Below, piece by piece: positions 30,621 through 41,331 of a stretch of 64,000 bases of DNA (position 1 is its first letter; each line of letters starts with the position of its first letter). Origin of the DNA: Dehalococcoidia bacterium (lineage in GTDB: Bacteria > Chloroflexota > Dehalococcoidia > Lucifugimonadales > UBA3495). Where the stretch lies: NCBI GenBank assembly GCA_965247605.1, contig CBDFHM010000011.1, forward strand, positions 327,930 through 391,929, read 5' to 3'. The position numbers and the translations under genes were made by a program. Under the pieces are notes generated by a model, which was given only the letters and a program-made list of their open reading frames with translations, did no database searches and had not been told where the DNA came from.

Positions 30621-31256
30621 CTAGGAGGTCAGCCATGATACGTCGCCCTGGAGGTCCGACGGGTGGGTCCTGGAGGCAAAGTCCTGATATTGCTGCCGGG
30701 CTTCACCGATGGTGGTGTCGTCGCCGTGTCCCGGATAGACGGTGGTCTCGTCGGGCAGAACCAGGAGCTTCTTCGTGATGCTATCGATGATCTGGTGCAG
30801 AGCTTCGGGACTGCCGGTCCTACCCGGCCCGCCGGGGAAGAGGGTGTCCCGGAGAAGAGATGGTGCCCGAACAGAAAACAACGGGCGCCCTCGGTATGGC
30901 CCGGCGTGGCTAGAACTTGAAGCTCCCGGTTGCCGAACTTGACCACGTCCCCGTCTTTAAGCTCCAATGCCGGAGGCCTGGGCAGGCGCTGACGTCCTCA
31001 ACGCCAATACCTACCGGGGCGTCCACGCTCCCCGTGATCTCGCCAAAGCCCGCCAGGTGGTCCCCATGGCGGTGAGTAATGAGTATGCTTTTAATCTTGA
31101 CGTCGCCGATGGCGTTCAATATCTTTTCCGGCTCGGCGGGGTGTCGATAATGACACCTTCGTTGGTCTCAGGGCAGACCACTATGTAGCCGTTGTTGTTA
31201 AGGGAGCCCATATTAATCTTGGTGATTCGTATGTCGCCATCGTAATGGAGGGGCAT
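30621..31256 (-). pseudogene. MBL-fold metallo-hydrolase (glyoxalase II-like), three frameshifts
   Basis: The reading is MPLHYDGDIRITKINMGSLNNNGYIVVCPETNEGVIIDTP | AEPEKILNAIGDVKIKSILITHRHGDHLAGF... | LELKDGDVVKFGNRELQVLATPGHTEGARCFLFGHHLFSG | DTLFPGGPGRTGSPEALHQIIDSI...VYPGHGDDTTIGE. The frame changes fall at the G4 run 31138-31141, AA 30966-30967 and CCC 30848-30850 (+ strand coordinates). GGAGG lies 7 nt upstream of the ATG. Confidence 0.8.
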
Positions 31257-31314
31257 TAGTATCCTCCGGAGCGTGATTTAATTCCTAGCATGATTCTAAC
31301 AGACCGGCGGGAGG

Positions 31315-34300
31315 TCACAAAATGGGTTTAACTGAATCTCTCAATTCCCCTAGGGAACGGGGCGTCGGGACATTAGCCTGAAACATGTTGCGAGGCTCAC
31401 CGTTCTGCGCACACTGAAAGAGGCCGCCAACAATTAGTCGTCCGCCGCTGCCGCGACAGGCTGGAGGTCCTGGCGGGCGGGCGGCCTCCAGGGCTTTCCG
31501 CAGATATGGGCCGGTGTGGGAGCGGCGGATCCGGGCAATCTGTTCCGGCGTTCCGGTGGCGACGACGTATCCACCCTTGTCGCCCGCCCCGGGCCCCAGG
31601 TCGATGATCCAGTCGCTATTCTTAATGATGTCCAGGTTGTGCTCAATGAGCAGCACCGAGTTTCCGCTATCCACCAATCGGTGCAGCACTCGCAGCAGTG
31701 CGGCGCAGTCCTGGAAAGACAGGCCGGTGGTGGGCTCGTCCAGCAAATACAGTGTCTTCCCGGTGGCCCGCTTGGACAGCTCGGTGGACAGCTTCACCCG
31801 CTGGGCCTCGCCTCCCGAAAGGGTCGTGGCGGGTTGCCCCAGCCGGATATAACCCAAGCCCACGTCCCGTAGGGTTTCCAGCTTTGACTTGATACGAGGG
31901 AAATTGAAGAAAAACTCCAGCGCCTGATCTACGGTCATGTTCAAAACATCGGCGATACTCCGGTCCCGCATGGTGACTTCCAGGGCTTCCCGGTTGTAAC
32001 GGCCGCCCCTGGCAGATCTCGCAGGGAACGGTGACGTCGGGCAGGAATTGCATCTCGATCTGGTTGTAGCCCTCCCCCTGGCAGGCCTCGCACCGGCCGC
32101 CCTTGACGTTGAATGAGAACCTGCCGGGAGCGTAGCCCCGGACCCGGGCCTCGGGCAGGCTGGCAAACAGCTCCCGGATGGGGGTAAAAGCTCCAGTGTA
32201 GGTGGCTGGGTTGGAACGAGGGGTGCGGCCGATGGGTGACTGGTCGATGTTGACCACCTTGTCGATGTTCTCCACCCCCAGCAGCTCGTCGTGGTCTCCC
32301 GGCAGGTCTCTGCCACGGTACAGGATCTGGGCCATCTTCTTGTACAGAACCTCGTAGGCCAGGGAGCTCTTTCCCGACCCGGAGACCCCGGTGATGCAGA
32401 TCAGCAACCCCAAAGGCAGCTCCACGTCGATGCTCTTGAGGTTGTTCTGTCTGGCGCCCTTGATCGTCAAGGTCTTGCCGTTGCCTGCCCGGCGCTCCCC
32501 AGGCATCGGGACCACTTTCCGGCCGCCGAGGTACTGGCCGGTCACCGACTCCGGAATCTGGATGACCTCATCGATGGTCCCGGTGGCGACTACGCGCCCT
32601 CCGTGTTCCCCGGCCCCTGGTCCCATATCCGCGATGTAATCGGCGGCCCGCATCATCGCCTCATCGTGCTCCACAACGATCACCGTGTTCCCCATGTCCT
32701 TCAACCGGGTCAGAGTGCCTATGAGGAGATGGTCGTCGTGGGGATGCAATCCCACCGTGGGCTCATCGCAGACGTAGAGCACCCCGGTCAGCCCCGAGCC
32801 GATTTGAGTGGCCAATCGAACCCGCTGAGCTTCGCCGCCCGACAAGGTCCTGGCTGTGCGGCCCATGGTGATGTAGTTCAGGCCGATGTTTTCCAGAAAC
32901 CGCAAGCGGCCTTCAATCTCCTTTAGTATCTGATTGCCGATGATCTTCTCACGGGGCGAAAGGGTCTGCTGGGGGTGTTTCCCCGGCGCGTCGGGATCAA
33001 TCTCCCGCACCCAATCCAGCGCCTTGCTCACGTTCTTGGCACAGACGTCCATAATTCCCAAGCGGCAGACCTTGACCGCCAGGGCTTCCGGCCGCAGGCG
33101 CTTGCCGTCACAGGTCCGGCAGGTCCGCGCCGCCATATAGCGCTCAATTTCCTGACGTGTGTGGTCGGATTCGGTCTCCCGGTGACGGCGGGACAGATTT
33201 GGGATCACTCCCTCATATGTGGTTTCCCAGCTATAGGTCTGGCCCCGATGGGTTTTGTGGCGTATTGTGACCTTCTTGGAATTGTTGCCATAGAGGATAA
33301 GATCTAGCTGTGCCTGAGTGAGGTCTTTAACTTGGGTCTTTCCTGAGAAGCCGTGGGAAGTGGCCACCGAGTCCATCAAGCTCATATACCAACCGCTGGA
33401 CGCCCCAGAGCGAGTCCACGGCGCCACCGCTCCTTCCAACAGGGAGAGTGACTTGTTGGGAATGACCAGGTTCGGGTCCACTTCCAACTTATATCCAAGG
33501 CCGGTGCAGTCGGGGCAAGCGCCGTGGGGGCTGTTGAAGCTGAAAGTGCGCGGTTCTATTTCAGGGAGGCTGATACCGCACCGCACGCAGGCAAACTGCT
33601 CCGAGAATACAAGCTGCTCCTTCTCCCCTTCCCGATCCACCTGCACCACGCCGTCGCCTTCCCGCAGGGCTGCTTCCACCGACTCCGCGACCCTGGTGGT
33701 CTCCGTATCCGGGCGGATGATCAGCCGGTCCACCACGATTTCGACGTAGTGCCACTTCTTCTTGTCCAGGTTCAGGTCACCCATCTCGTCCAGGGCATGG
33801 ACCGTGCCGTTAACTCGAACTCTGACGAAGCCTGCCTTGCGGGCCTCTTCAAACACCTCCCGGTGCTCCCCCTTCTTGCGCCGCACCTTGGGAGCCAGGA
33901 CCAGGATCCGGCTACCTTCGGGCAAGGCCATGATGGCGTCGACGATCTGCTGGATCGTTTGCCTCTCCACCGGCCGGCCGCACTTGGGGCAGTGGGGACG
34001 CCCAACGCGGGCGAATAGAAGGCGGAGGTAATCGTAGACCTCCGTGACGGTGCCCACGGTGGAGCGAGGGTTGTGGGAAACCCCCTTCTGGTCGATAGAT
34101 ATGGCCGGAGAGAGCCCTTCGATATAGTCCACGTCGGGCTTGTCCATCCGGCCCAAGAATTGGCGGGCGTAGGCGGAGAGGGACTCGACATAACGGCGTT
34201 GTCCCTCGGCATAGATGGTGTCAAAGGCCAGGGAGCTCTTACCGGAACCGGACACGCCGGTGATGACCACCAGCTTACCCCTGGGGATAGTGATGTCAAT

Positions 34301-34357
34301 ATTCTTGAGGTTGTGCTCCCGGGCTCCTTTTACGAAAATGTAATCTTGGGCCATCAC
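31315..34357 (-). pseudogene. uvrA: Excinuclease ABC subunit A, one frameshift at a C4/G4 run (3' end uncertain)
   Basis: The N-terminus [51 protein letters not shown] is followed by all UvrA modules. The frame switches at 32006-32009 (...PCEICQG | [21 protein letters not shown]...). Which stop (31315 or about 31434) is used cannot be decided by eye. Confidence 0.9.
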
Positions 34358-34460
34358 TTCCCACCTGAGACGCTTTATTCGACAATCATTGTAGCATCGG
34401 CGGGGGCATCGCGGGAGCGCTCCGGCCCGAAAAGCCGTTCAAAGTAGCCTTTGCGGAATA

Positions 34461-35000
34461 GTGCAGAAACGTGCTATAGTGTGTTTGGGAAGGCTTGAGG
34501 AGATCCAAATGGACGTCGGAAGAGAGGATTTTGAGGCGGGGGTCTATGGTAACGCGCTAGACCTCGTGATGCAATCTTTGTCGAAGGGCCAACCTCTTAC
34601 TGAACAGGAAATTCAGTCCGAGACCGGCCTGGAAACCGAGTCGCTGAATCTTGCCCTGGCGAAGCTTCAGGAACGCCGCCGAATCGAACAGAGATGGCTT
34701 GGCCCTTCCGCCTATTACGTAGCGATAACGGCAGCGCCGCGCCAGAAATGGTACACCATCGATGAGTCGGCCAGTTACCTTCGAGTTTCACGACGGACGA
34801 TGTATCAGATTATTCGTGACGGTCAAGTTGCAGCCTACCGTGTGGGATCGAGAGGACACCGTAGGCTCAAGCTGGACGACCTGGAAAGTTTGATGCGCTT
34901 GGAGGATTCCGAGAATTTACAGGCCATGACCGCGGCGGCCGATCCGGTATTGGCGGAACTCTGGGACAACGAGAAGGATGCTGCGTACGATCGAATATAG
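34461..35000 (+). CDS. Excisionase-type HTH DNA-binding protein, putative antitoxin
   Basis: YTIDESASYLRVSRRTMYQIIRDGQVAAYRVGSRGHRRLKLDDLESLM is an HTH_17/excisionase-family motif. It overlaps the downstream MazF-like gene by 23 nt. Confidence 0.6.
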   Translation: MQKRAIVCLGRLEEIQMDVGREDFEAGVYGNALDLVMQSLSKGQPLTEQEIQSETGLETESLNLALAKLQERRRIEQRWLGPSAYYVAITAAPRQKWYTIDESASYLRVSRRTMYQIIRDGQVAAYRVGSRGHRRLKLDDLESLMRLEDSENLQAMTAAADPVLAELWDNEKDAAYDRI

Positions 35001-35331
35001 CCGCGGTGATGTGGTCTTGGTTAGCTTCATGTTTAGTGAGGAAACCGGGGCCAAAAGGCGTCCTGCCGTTCTTCTTACCTCGGAAGCCTACCAAAGAGGC
35101 CGGCAGGAAGTAATAGCCGCCGCTATTACAAGCAATACAGACCGGATGTTTGTCGGCGATTTCCTTATCGATGATTGGCAGGACGCCGGTCTCATTCATC
35201 CGTCAGTGGCTACAGGTGTGATTAGGACCATAAAGCAAGGGATGATCAACCGCGTACTGGGCAGCCTCTCCCGCCGAGACATGGATGCCGTCGACTACTA
35301 CTTAAAACTGAATCTAGACCTGGTGGACTGA
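34978..35331 (+). CDS. PemK/MazF-family toxin
   Basis: YSRGDVVLVSFMFSEETGAKRRPAVLLTSEAY...VIAAAITSNTDR matches the PemK/MazF pattern. Confidence 0.7.
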   Translation: MLRTIEYSRGDVVLVSFMFSEETGAKRRPAVLLTSEAYQRGRQEVIAAAITSNTDRMFVGDFLIDDWQDAGLIHPSVATGVIRTIKQGMINRVLGSLSRRDMDAVDYYLKLNLDLVD

Positions 35332-35363
35332 CGGGTTGGGCCAGGTCAAATCTGAAGTCAGAC

Positions 35364-36161
35364 GTGATGCAAAGCCTATTTAAGACTTCTAAAGTCTTCA
35401 TTGGAGTGGTCCATCTGCCGCCGTTGCCCGGGTCTCCACGGTGGGGCGGCGACATGGACCGGGTGCTGGCTCAAGCCCAAGAAGAGGCCCAGGTTCTGGA
35501 AGCAGGGGGCGCCCACGGCATAATCGTGGAAAACTTCGGCGATGCTCCCTTCCGCATCGGGCGAGTGGACCCGGTTACCGTCTCCGCCATGACCATGGCG
35601 GTGGACCGGGTGCGGCGAGTTACCGCCTTGCCGTTGGGTATCAACATGCTGCGCAACGACGCACTGTCGGCGCTGGCCATTGCCGCCGCAACCTCAGCAG
35701 AATTCATCCGGATCAACGTGCATTATGGCGTGATGGCAGCCGATGAGGGATTGGTTGAAGGGGAGGCCCACGCCACCCTGCGCCGGCGGAGGGAGCTGGG
35801 CGTCGATGTCAAGATACTGGCCGATGTACTGGTGAAGCACGCCGTACCGTTGGGTCCGGTGGACCTGGGTCTGACCGCACGCGAGACCGTATCCCGGGGT
35901 CTGGCCGATGGCCTTATAGTGTCCGGACCGGTCACCGGGCAACCTGCCGCGGCCTCCGATGTAGCAACGGTCCGGAAAGCCGTCCCCGAAGGCTTCATTC
36001 TGGTGGGCAGCGGCGTCGACGAAGCCAACGCCGAGAAGCTCTTGTCCCTGGCCGATGGGGCAATCGTCGGCACCAGCTTGAAACGGGACGGCGTGGTTTC
36101 CAATACCCTTGACCCCGAGCGGGTCAAGGGTATTGCTGAATTAATAAGAAACATGGGCTAG
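35364..36161 (+). CDS. BtpA/SgcQ family protein
   Basis: FIGVVHLPPLPGSPRW...GIIVENFGDAPF...GINMLRNDA is typical of the BtpA family TIM barrel. Confidence 0.75.
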   Translation: MMQSLFKTSKVFIGVVHLPPLPGSPRWGGDMDRVLAQAQEEAQVLEAGGAHGIIVENFGDAPFRIGRVDPVTVSAMTMAVDRVRRVTALPLGINMLRNDALSALAIAAATSAEFIRINVHYGVMAADEGLVEGEAHATLRRRRELGVDVKILADVLVKHAVPLGPVDLGLTARETVSRGLADGLIVSGPVTGQPAAASDVATVRKAVPEGFILVGSGVDEANAEKLLSLADGAIVGTSLKRDGVVSNTLDPERVKGIAELIRNMG

Positions 36162-36216
36162 TGCCGGCCGGTGCAGGCCCCAGGCAGATAGTTCTTTGGG
36201 CGGAGTCCGGTCCCGC

Positions 36217-37596
36217 CTAACCGGCGCCAAGCTCTCGCTCCGTCTGGCCTATACCCCGGTCCATGGCCGACAGCAGCTCGTCAACCTCTCCACGGGTGAT
36301 GCACAAGGGAGGCGCTACGTTGATGGCGTTACCCCCGGTCAGGATGATTCCGTTCTCGGAGAAGGCCTGGGTCAACCGGCTGCCCAGCTCGGCTTCGGCG
36401 GGGAAATATTCCTTGGTCTCCCGGTCTTGGACTATCTCCAGGGCGCACATTAGGCCCAAGCCCCGGGCGTCGCCGATGATGGTGTGTTTTTCCTTCAGCT
36501 CCTTCAGACCATCCAGCAGGTAGCTGCCCATCTGGGCCGAATTCTCCACCATACCCTCGCCTTGCATAATTTCTAAGTTTTTAAGGGAGGCGGCAGCGGC
36601 GACGGGGTGGCCGCCGAAGGTGATGACGTGGCGGAAGGCGGCCTTCTGGCTGCCGATAAAGGAGTCGGCGATGGGCTTGCGCACGATGGCCCCGCCCATG
36701 GGAATGTAGCCGCTGGTTATCCCCTTGGCCACCGTCATGATGTCCGGGGTTATCCCCCAGTGCTCGCAGGCAAACATCTTGCCGGTCCGCCCGAAACCTG
36801 TTATCACCTCGTCGGCGATGAGCAGGCAGCCGTGGCGGTCACAAATCTCCCGTAGCATAGGCCAGTAGTTGGGACCGGGCACCACCGCGCCCAGGGGGCT
36901 GGACACCGGCTCGGCAATCACCGCGGCCACCGTCTCCGGCCCCTGGAATTTAATAATGTCTTCAATGGCATTGGCGCACCGCTCGGCGCACTCTTCGGGG
37001 GTCGTGCCGCCGTACTCGCATCGATAGGGATTGGGCTGAGGGCCGTGGAAGCACCCGGCCAGCAGGGGCTCGTAGTCGGTCTTGGGCTGGGCCGGTGATC
37101 CGCCCAGGGCCAGCGCGCCCAAGGTGGCCCCGTGGTAGGAGCCTTTACGACTGATGAACTTGACCCGATTGGGTTCACCCATTCTTTTGAAGTAGGCCCG
37201 GGAAACCTTCATGGCCGTCTCCACCGCCTCAGAGCCGCCGCTGGTGAAGAAGCAGCGGTTTAGGTCTCCGGGGGTCATCCCGGCGATCTTCTCCGCCAGG
37301 CGTACCGTGGGCTCGGTGGTCGTGCCCATGGGCATGTAGGTCAGCTTGAGCATCTGCTGGTAAGCCGCATCGGCAATCTCGGTGCGGCCGTAGCCCACGT
37401 TCTTCAGCCACAGTCCGGACATGGCGTCGAGGAAGGTGCGGCCCAGGGCGTCGGTCACGTGAACCCCGTGGCCCTCCACGAATATATCCGGCTGCCCCTT
37501 TTCCGCCATGTCGCTGGGCTCTCTCAGATATATCCACAGGTGTTCCAGCGCGGAATCTTGTAGCTCCTTGACCTGGGTCTCGGTGTGGGTAGCCAT
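36217..37596 (-). CDS. Class III pyridoxal-phosphate aminotransferase (omega-transaminase-like)
   Basis: FFTSGGSEAVETAMK, LIADEVITGFGRTGKMFACEHWG and IMTVAKGITSGYIPMGG (PLP Lys) motifs. Confidence 0.85.
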   Translation of the reverse strand: MATHTETQVKELQDSALEHLWIYLREPSDMAEKGQPDIFVEGHGVHVTDALGRTFLDAMSGLWLKNVGYGRTEIADAAYQQMLKLTYMPMGTTTEPTVRLAEKIAGMTPGDLNRCFFTSGGSEAVETAMKVSRAYFKRMGEPNRVKFISRKGSYHGATLGALALGGSPAQPKTDYEPLLAGCFHGPQPNPYRCEYGGTTPEECAERCANAIEDIIKFQGPETVAAVIAEPVSSPLGAVVPGPNYWPMLREICDRHGCLLIADEVITGFGRTGKMFACEHWGITPDIMTVAKGITSGYIPMGGAIVRKPIADSFIGSQKAAFRHVITFGGHPVAAAASLKNLEIMQGEGMVENSAQMGSYLLDGLKELKEKHTIIGDARGLGLMCALEIVQDRETKEYFPAEAELGSRLTQAFSENGIILTGGNAINVAPPLCITRGEVDELLSAMDRGIGQTERELGAG

Positions 37597-37821
37597 CGTG
37601 TTTCCTCCGTAAGCTTTCAGCTAAATGGTAAGGGCCTTCTTGATTAGTCGTCTAGCGAAACTTTCAGCATAGGTGCCGGAGCCTATTGGTGCACTGTCGG
37701 ATGCGGATACCTTTATACAGCAAGGGTATGACGCCCCTCTCTGATGTTGCCCCAGTTTAGCACCGGAGCCAGCCCGCCACAATCTGAACCTGGAGACCCC
37801 TCGGGAGCTGAGAATCGCCCG

Positions 37822-38067
37822 ATGGCTGGCGGGTATCCCGTTGGGCTAAAATGCATTGCAATCCGTTTCAGGGGGTATAGCGCGTTGGCCACCGAGCGCC
37901 AGATCCAAAAGGTATTATCGAACCTGTCGGAATTTCAAGCGTGCACGAACTGTGGGACCAGGTTTCGTTTCGGGGATGTGGAGTGTCCCCATTGTGGGGC
38001 CGACCTTGAGGATTACCTGCGACAGTGGGCAGAAGATCTGATTAACGAACTTGAGTTGCCCGCTTGA
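37822..38067 (+). CDS. Hypothetical small zinc-ribbon protein
   Basis: ..CTNCGTRFRFGDVECPHCGADLEDY... The start is uncertain and no RBS is evident. Confidence 0.3.
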   Translation: MAGGYPVGLKCIAIRFRGYSALATERQIQKVLSNLSEFQACTNCGTRFRFGDVECPHCGADLEDYLRQWAEDLINELELPA

Positions 38068-38225
38068 CTATAGCCTGCCGGTGCGTGACCAAGGAGCGGC
38101 GCCTGATCCGAACCATGTGATGAATGACGATTCCACCGCCCTTCATCCAGGCCCCTTCGCCCCTGGATGCAAGGTTGAAGCACCCAACGGTTTAGGATAA
38201 GCTGGCCAACGATACAGTCACCAAT

Positions 38226-38253
38226 CTGATAGCTGAACGCTGACGGCTGATAG
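38226..38253 (+). repeat. Heptamer tandem array (CTGATAG CTGAACG CTGACGG CTGATAG)
   Basis: Read directly. Ends 18 nt upstream of the ATG at 38272. Confidence 0.6.
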
Positions 38254-38271
38254 CCTGCGGAGCGTGACAAC

Positions 38272-41214
38272 ATGGCCACCACCAAGGATAGAATTCGCAA
38301 AGGAGAGCGGGAGGAGCTGGCCCAGGAGCTGAAGCGCCGAGTATCCGGAGAAGTCCGTTTTGATCCCTTCTCCCGGGTCCTCTACAGCACCGACGCCAGC
38401 ATCTACCAGATGGAGCCGGTGGGCGTGGTCATCCCCCGCTCGGTGGAGGACGTGCTGGCGGTGGTGGAGGTGGCTAGGGATAGCGGGGTGCCGGTGCTGC
38501 CCCGGGCCGGCGGCACCAGCCTGGCGGGCCAGACGGTCAACCACGCCATCGTCATCGACTTCAGCAAGAACCTGAATCAGGTCCTCGAGATCAACCCAGG
38601 AGAGCAATGGGCTCGCGTTCAGCCGGGCATCGTTTTGGACCAGCTAAACCGGGAGCTGGCGGCTCACAATCTCCAATACGCTCCCGACCCCACCACTGCC
38701 AACCGGGCCTGTGTTGGGGGCGGTATCGGAAATAATAGCTGTGGCGCTCATTCGGTCATTTACGGCAAGACCCTGGACCATGTGCAAGAGCTGCAGGTTG
38801 TGCTGGCCGACGCCAACCAGGCCCATTTCCGTCCACTAACCAACCAAGAGCTGGAGGCCAAGCTAAGCGGCACCGGCTTGGAATCGGACATTTACCGAGG
38901 TGTGCGCGGCATCGCCAGAGACAACTTCGCCGAAATCCAGGCCCGCTACCCCAAGATCATGCGCCGGGTCAGCGGTTACAACCTGGATGAGTTTCTTACC
39001 GACGATTCCTTTAACCTGTCACGGATGATTGTGGGCTCCGAAGGCACCCTGTCTGTGATGACCGAGGCCAAGGTCAACCTGGTCACCCGGCCCACTATGA
39101 CAGGATTGTCCGTGCTTCACTTTGTCGACATCGTGCGGGCCGCCGAGGCCACCCGCGAGGTGCTGAAGCACGATCCTTCTTCGGTGGAGGTGATGGACAA
39201 GATTCTGCTGGACCGGTCCCGGGAGTCCCTGGGCCACTCGCAAAGTCTCTCCTTCATCGAGGGTGATCCCGGGGCTTTGCTGGCGGTGGAGTTCTACGGC
39301 GAGTCGGAAGCCGAGCTAGAGGCCAAGATGAACGCCCTCAAGGAGGACATGGCCCATCGGCGGCTGAGCTACGCCTGCGTCAATCTGATGGACCGGGGCG
39401 CCCAGGCCACCGTCTGGAACGTGCGGAAGGCCGGCCTTGGCCTGCTAATGAGCATCCACGGCGACGCCAAGCCCTTGCCCTTCGTGGAGGACACGGCGGT
39501 AGATCCCGAGAATCTGGGGGAGTTCGTCCGCCGGTTCGATGAGATCGTGCGAAGCCACAACACCCAAGCGGCTTATTACGGCCACGCCAGCGTGGGCTGC
39601 CTCCACATCCGGCCCCTGGTCAGCCTCAAAGACCCCCAGGGCATCGCCACCATGGTTTCCATCGGAGACGAGATCAGCGACCTGGTGCGGGAGTTTGGCG
39701 GGTCCATGAGCGGCGAGCACGGCGACGGCATCGTTCGCGGCGTCTGGACAGAAAAGATGTTTGGACCGCAGATATACGAGCTCTTTCGGGACCTAAAGCG
39801 GACCTTCGACCCTCAGGGCATCATGAACCCCGGCAAGATAATCGACTGTCCTCCCATGACCGAGAACCTGCGCTACGGTCCCGATTATCAGACCAAGTCA
39901 ATCTCCACGAGTTTGGACTTTTCCCTGGACAACGGTTACGCCGGCGCCGTGGAGATGTGCAATGGCATGGGCGCCTGCCGCAAGCTCGACGGCACCATGT
40001 GCCCATCCTACATGGCCACCCGGGATGAGGAGCACTCCACCCGGGGCCGGGCCAATCTGCTGCGGGCCGCGCTGTCGGGCTTGCTGCCCGAAGGAGCCAT
40101 GACCAGCAAGCGGCTCCATGACGCTCTGGACCTGTGCCTGGAGTGTAAAGGCTGCAAGGCGGAGTGCGACTCGGGCGTGGATATGGCCAAGCTAAAGTCC
40201 GAGTTTCTGGCCCAGTACCACCAGGCGAATGGCCTGGCCTTTCGTGATCGGGCTATCGCTCACATCAACCGCATCAACCGCCTGGGCAGCGCCTTTGCTC
40301 CGATCTCTAACTGGGCGGCTCGGAGTCCCGTGGGCAAGCTGTTCTCCCGTGTTTTTCTTGGCGTGGACCAGCGACGGTCCTTGCCCCCCTTCGCCCGGAA
40401 GACTTTTGCAAAGTGGTTTGAGGAGCGTCAGGGCCAGAACCCTCCTTCATCACCCATTACGAACGGAGGACTACAGGGAGGTAAACCCGTAGTCCTGTTT
40501 AATGACACGTTCATGGACTACAACTATCCCCAGGTTGGCAAGGCCGCCGTGGAGCTGTTGGAGGCCGCCGGTTTTCGGGTCACTCTGGCCAACGCCCGGT
40601 GCTGTGGACGCCCCATGATATCCAAGGGACTGTTGGATGAGGCCGCAGACCATGCTCGCTACAACGTGGACCTGCTCCACGCCTATGCCAGCCAGGGAAT
40701 CCCCATTGTCGGCTGCGAGCCGAGTTGTCTGCTCACCTTCCGAGACGAGTACCCGGAGCTTCTGAAGGACGAAAAGTCCCGGACGGTGGCCGCCCACACT
40801 TACATGATCGACGAGTTCCTGGTGATGCTGCAGGATAACGGCGATCTAGAGCTTGAGTTTAGCGACGTGGCCAGAAAGGTCCTGTTCCACGGCCACTGCC
40901 ACCAGAAGTCCCTGGTGGGCACGGCCAGCTCCTTGCGGGCGCTGCGCTTGCCGCCGGGCTACCAGGTTGAGCTGGTCAACTCTGGATGCTGCGGCATGGC
41001 CGGGTCCTTCGGCTTCGAGCGGAAACACTACGACATTTCCATGGACATAGGCGAGCAGGCGCTGTTCCCGGCGGTGCGGGCCAAAGAGCCGGACTGGGAT
41101 ATCGCGGTGATGGGCGTTTCTTGCCGCCAGCAGATAGAGCACGGCACCGGCCGCCAGGCCAGGCACCTGGTCGAGGTGCTTCGGGACGCGCTGGCTGCTC
41201 CGGTCAATGCCTAG
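38272..41214 (+). CDS. FAD-linked oxidase fused to Fe-S/CCG domains (YdiJ / GlcD-GlcF fusion-like 2-hydroxyacid dehydrogenase)
   Basis: The N-terminal FAD_binding_4 pattern (PRAGGTSLAGQ) is followed by a 4Fe-4S dicluster (CNGMGACRK...C, CLECKGCKAEC) and two CCG-type domains. 980 aa, similar in length to E. coli YdiJ. Confidence 0.8.
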   Translation: MATTKDRIRKGEREELAQELKRRVSGEVRFDPFSRVLYSTDASIYQMEPVGVVIPRSVEDVLAVVEVARDSGVPVLPRAGGTSLAGQTVNHAIVIDFSKNLNQVLEINPGEQWARVQPGIVLDQLNRELAAHNLQYAPDPTTANRACVGGGIGNNSCGAHSVIYGKTLDHVQELQVVLADANQAHFRPLTNQELEAKLSGTGLESDIYRGVRGIARDNFAEIQARYPKIMRRVSGYNLDEFLTDDSFNLSRMIVGSEGTLSVMTEAKVNLVTRPTMTGLSVLHFVDIVRAAEATREVLKHDPSSVEVMDKILLDRSRESLGHSQSLSFIEGDPGALLAVEFYGESEAELEAKMNALKEDMAHRRLSYACVNLMDRGAQATVWNVRKAGLGLLMSIHGDAKPLPFVEDTAVDPENLGEFVRRFDEIVRSHNTQAAYYGHASVGCLHIRPLVSLKDPQGIATMVSIGDEISDLVREFGGSMSGEHGDGIVRGVWTEKMFGPQIYELFRDLKRTFDPQGIMNPGKIIDCPPMTENLRYGPDYQTKSISTSLDFSLDNGYAGAVEMCNGMGACRKLDGTMCPSYMATRDEEHSTRGRANLLRAALSGLLPEGAMTSKRLHDALDLCLECKGCKAECDSGVDMAKLKSEFLAQYHQANGLAFRDRAIAHINRINRLGSAFAPISNWAARSPVGKLFSRVFLGVDQRRSLPPFARKTFAKWFEERQGQNPPSSPITNGGLQGGKPVVLFNDTFMDYNYPQVGKAAVELLEAAGFRVTLANARCCGRPMISKGLLDEAADHARYNVDLLHAYASQGIPIVGCEPSCLLTFRDEYPELLKDEKSRTVAAHTYMIDEFLVMLQDNGDLELEFSDVARKVLFHGHCHQKSLVGTASSLRALRLPPGYQVELVNSGCCGMAGSFGFERKHYDISMDIGEQALFPAVRAKEPDWDIAVMGVSCRQQIEHGTGRQARHLVEVLRDALAAPVNA

Positions 41215-41331
41215 ACGGGCTTGGGGCGGGCTAGTTTGTTCTTCCCCGCTTTGCGAAGGGCAGTTATGCCCAAACGTCAAGTAATTATCTTTGACCTCCA
41301 GTTAGTGTTTAGTTGCTTGGAACAAAAAAGA

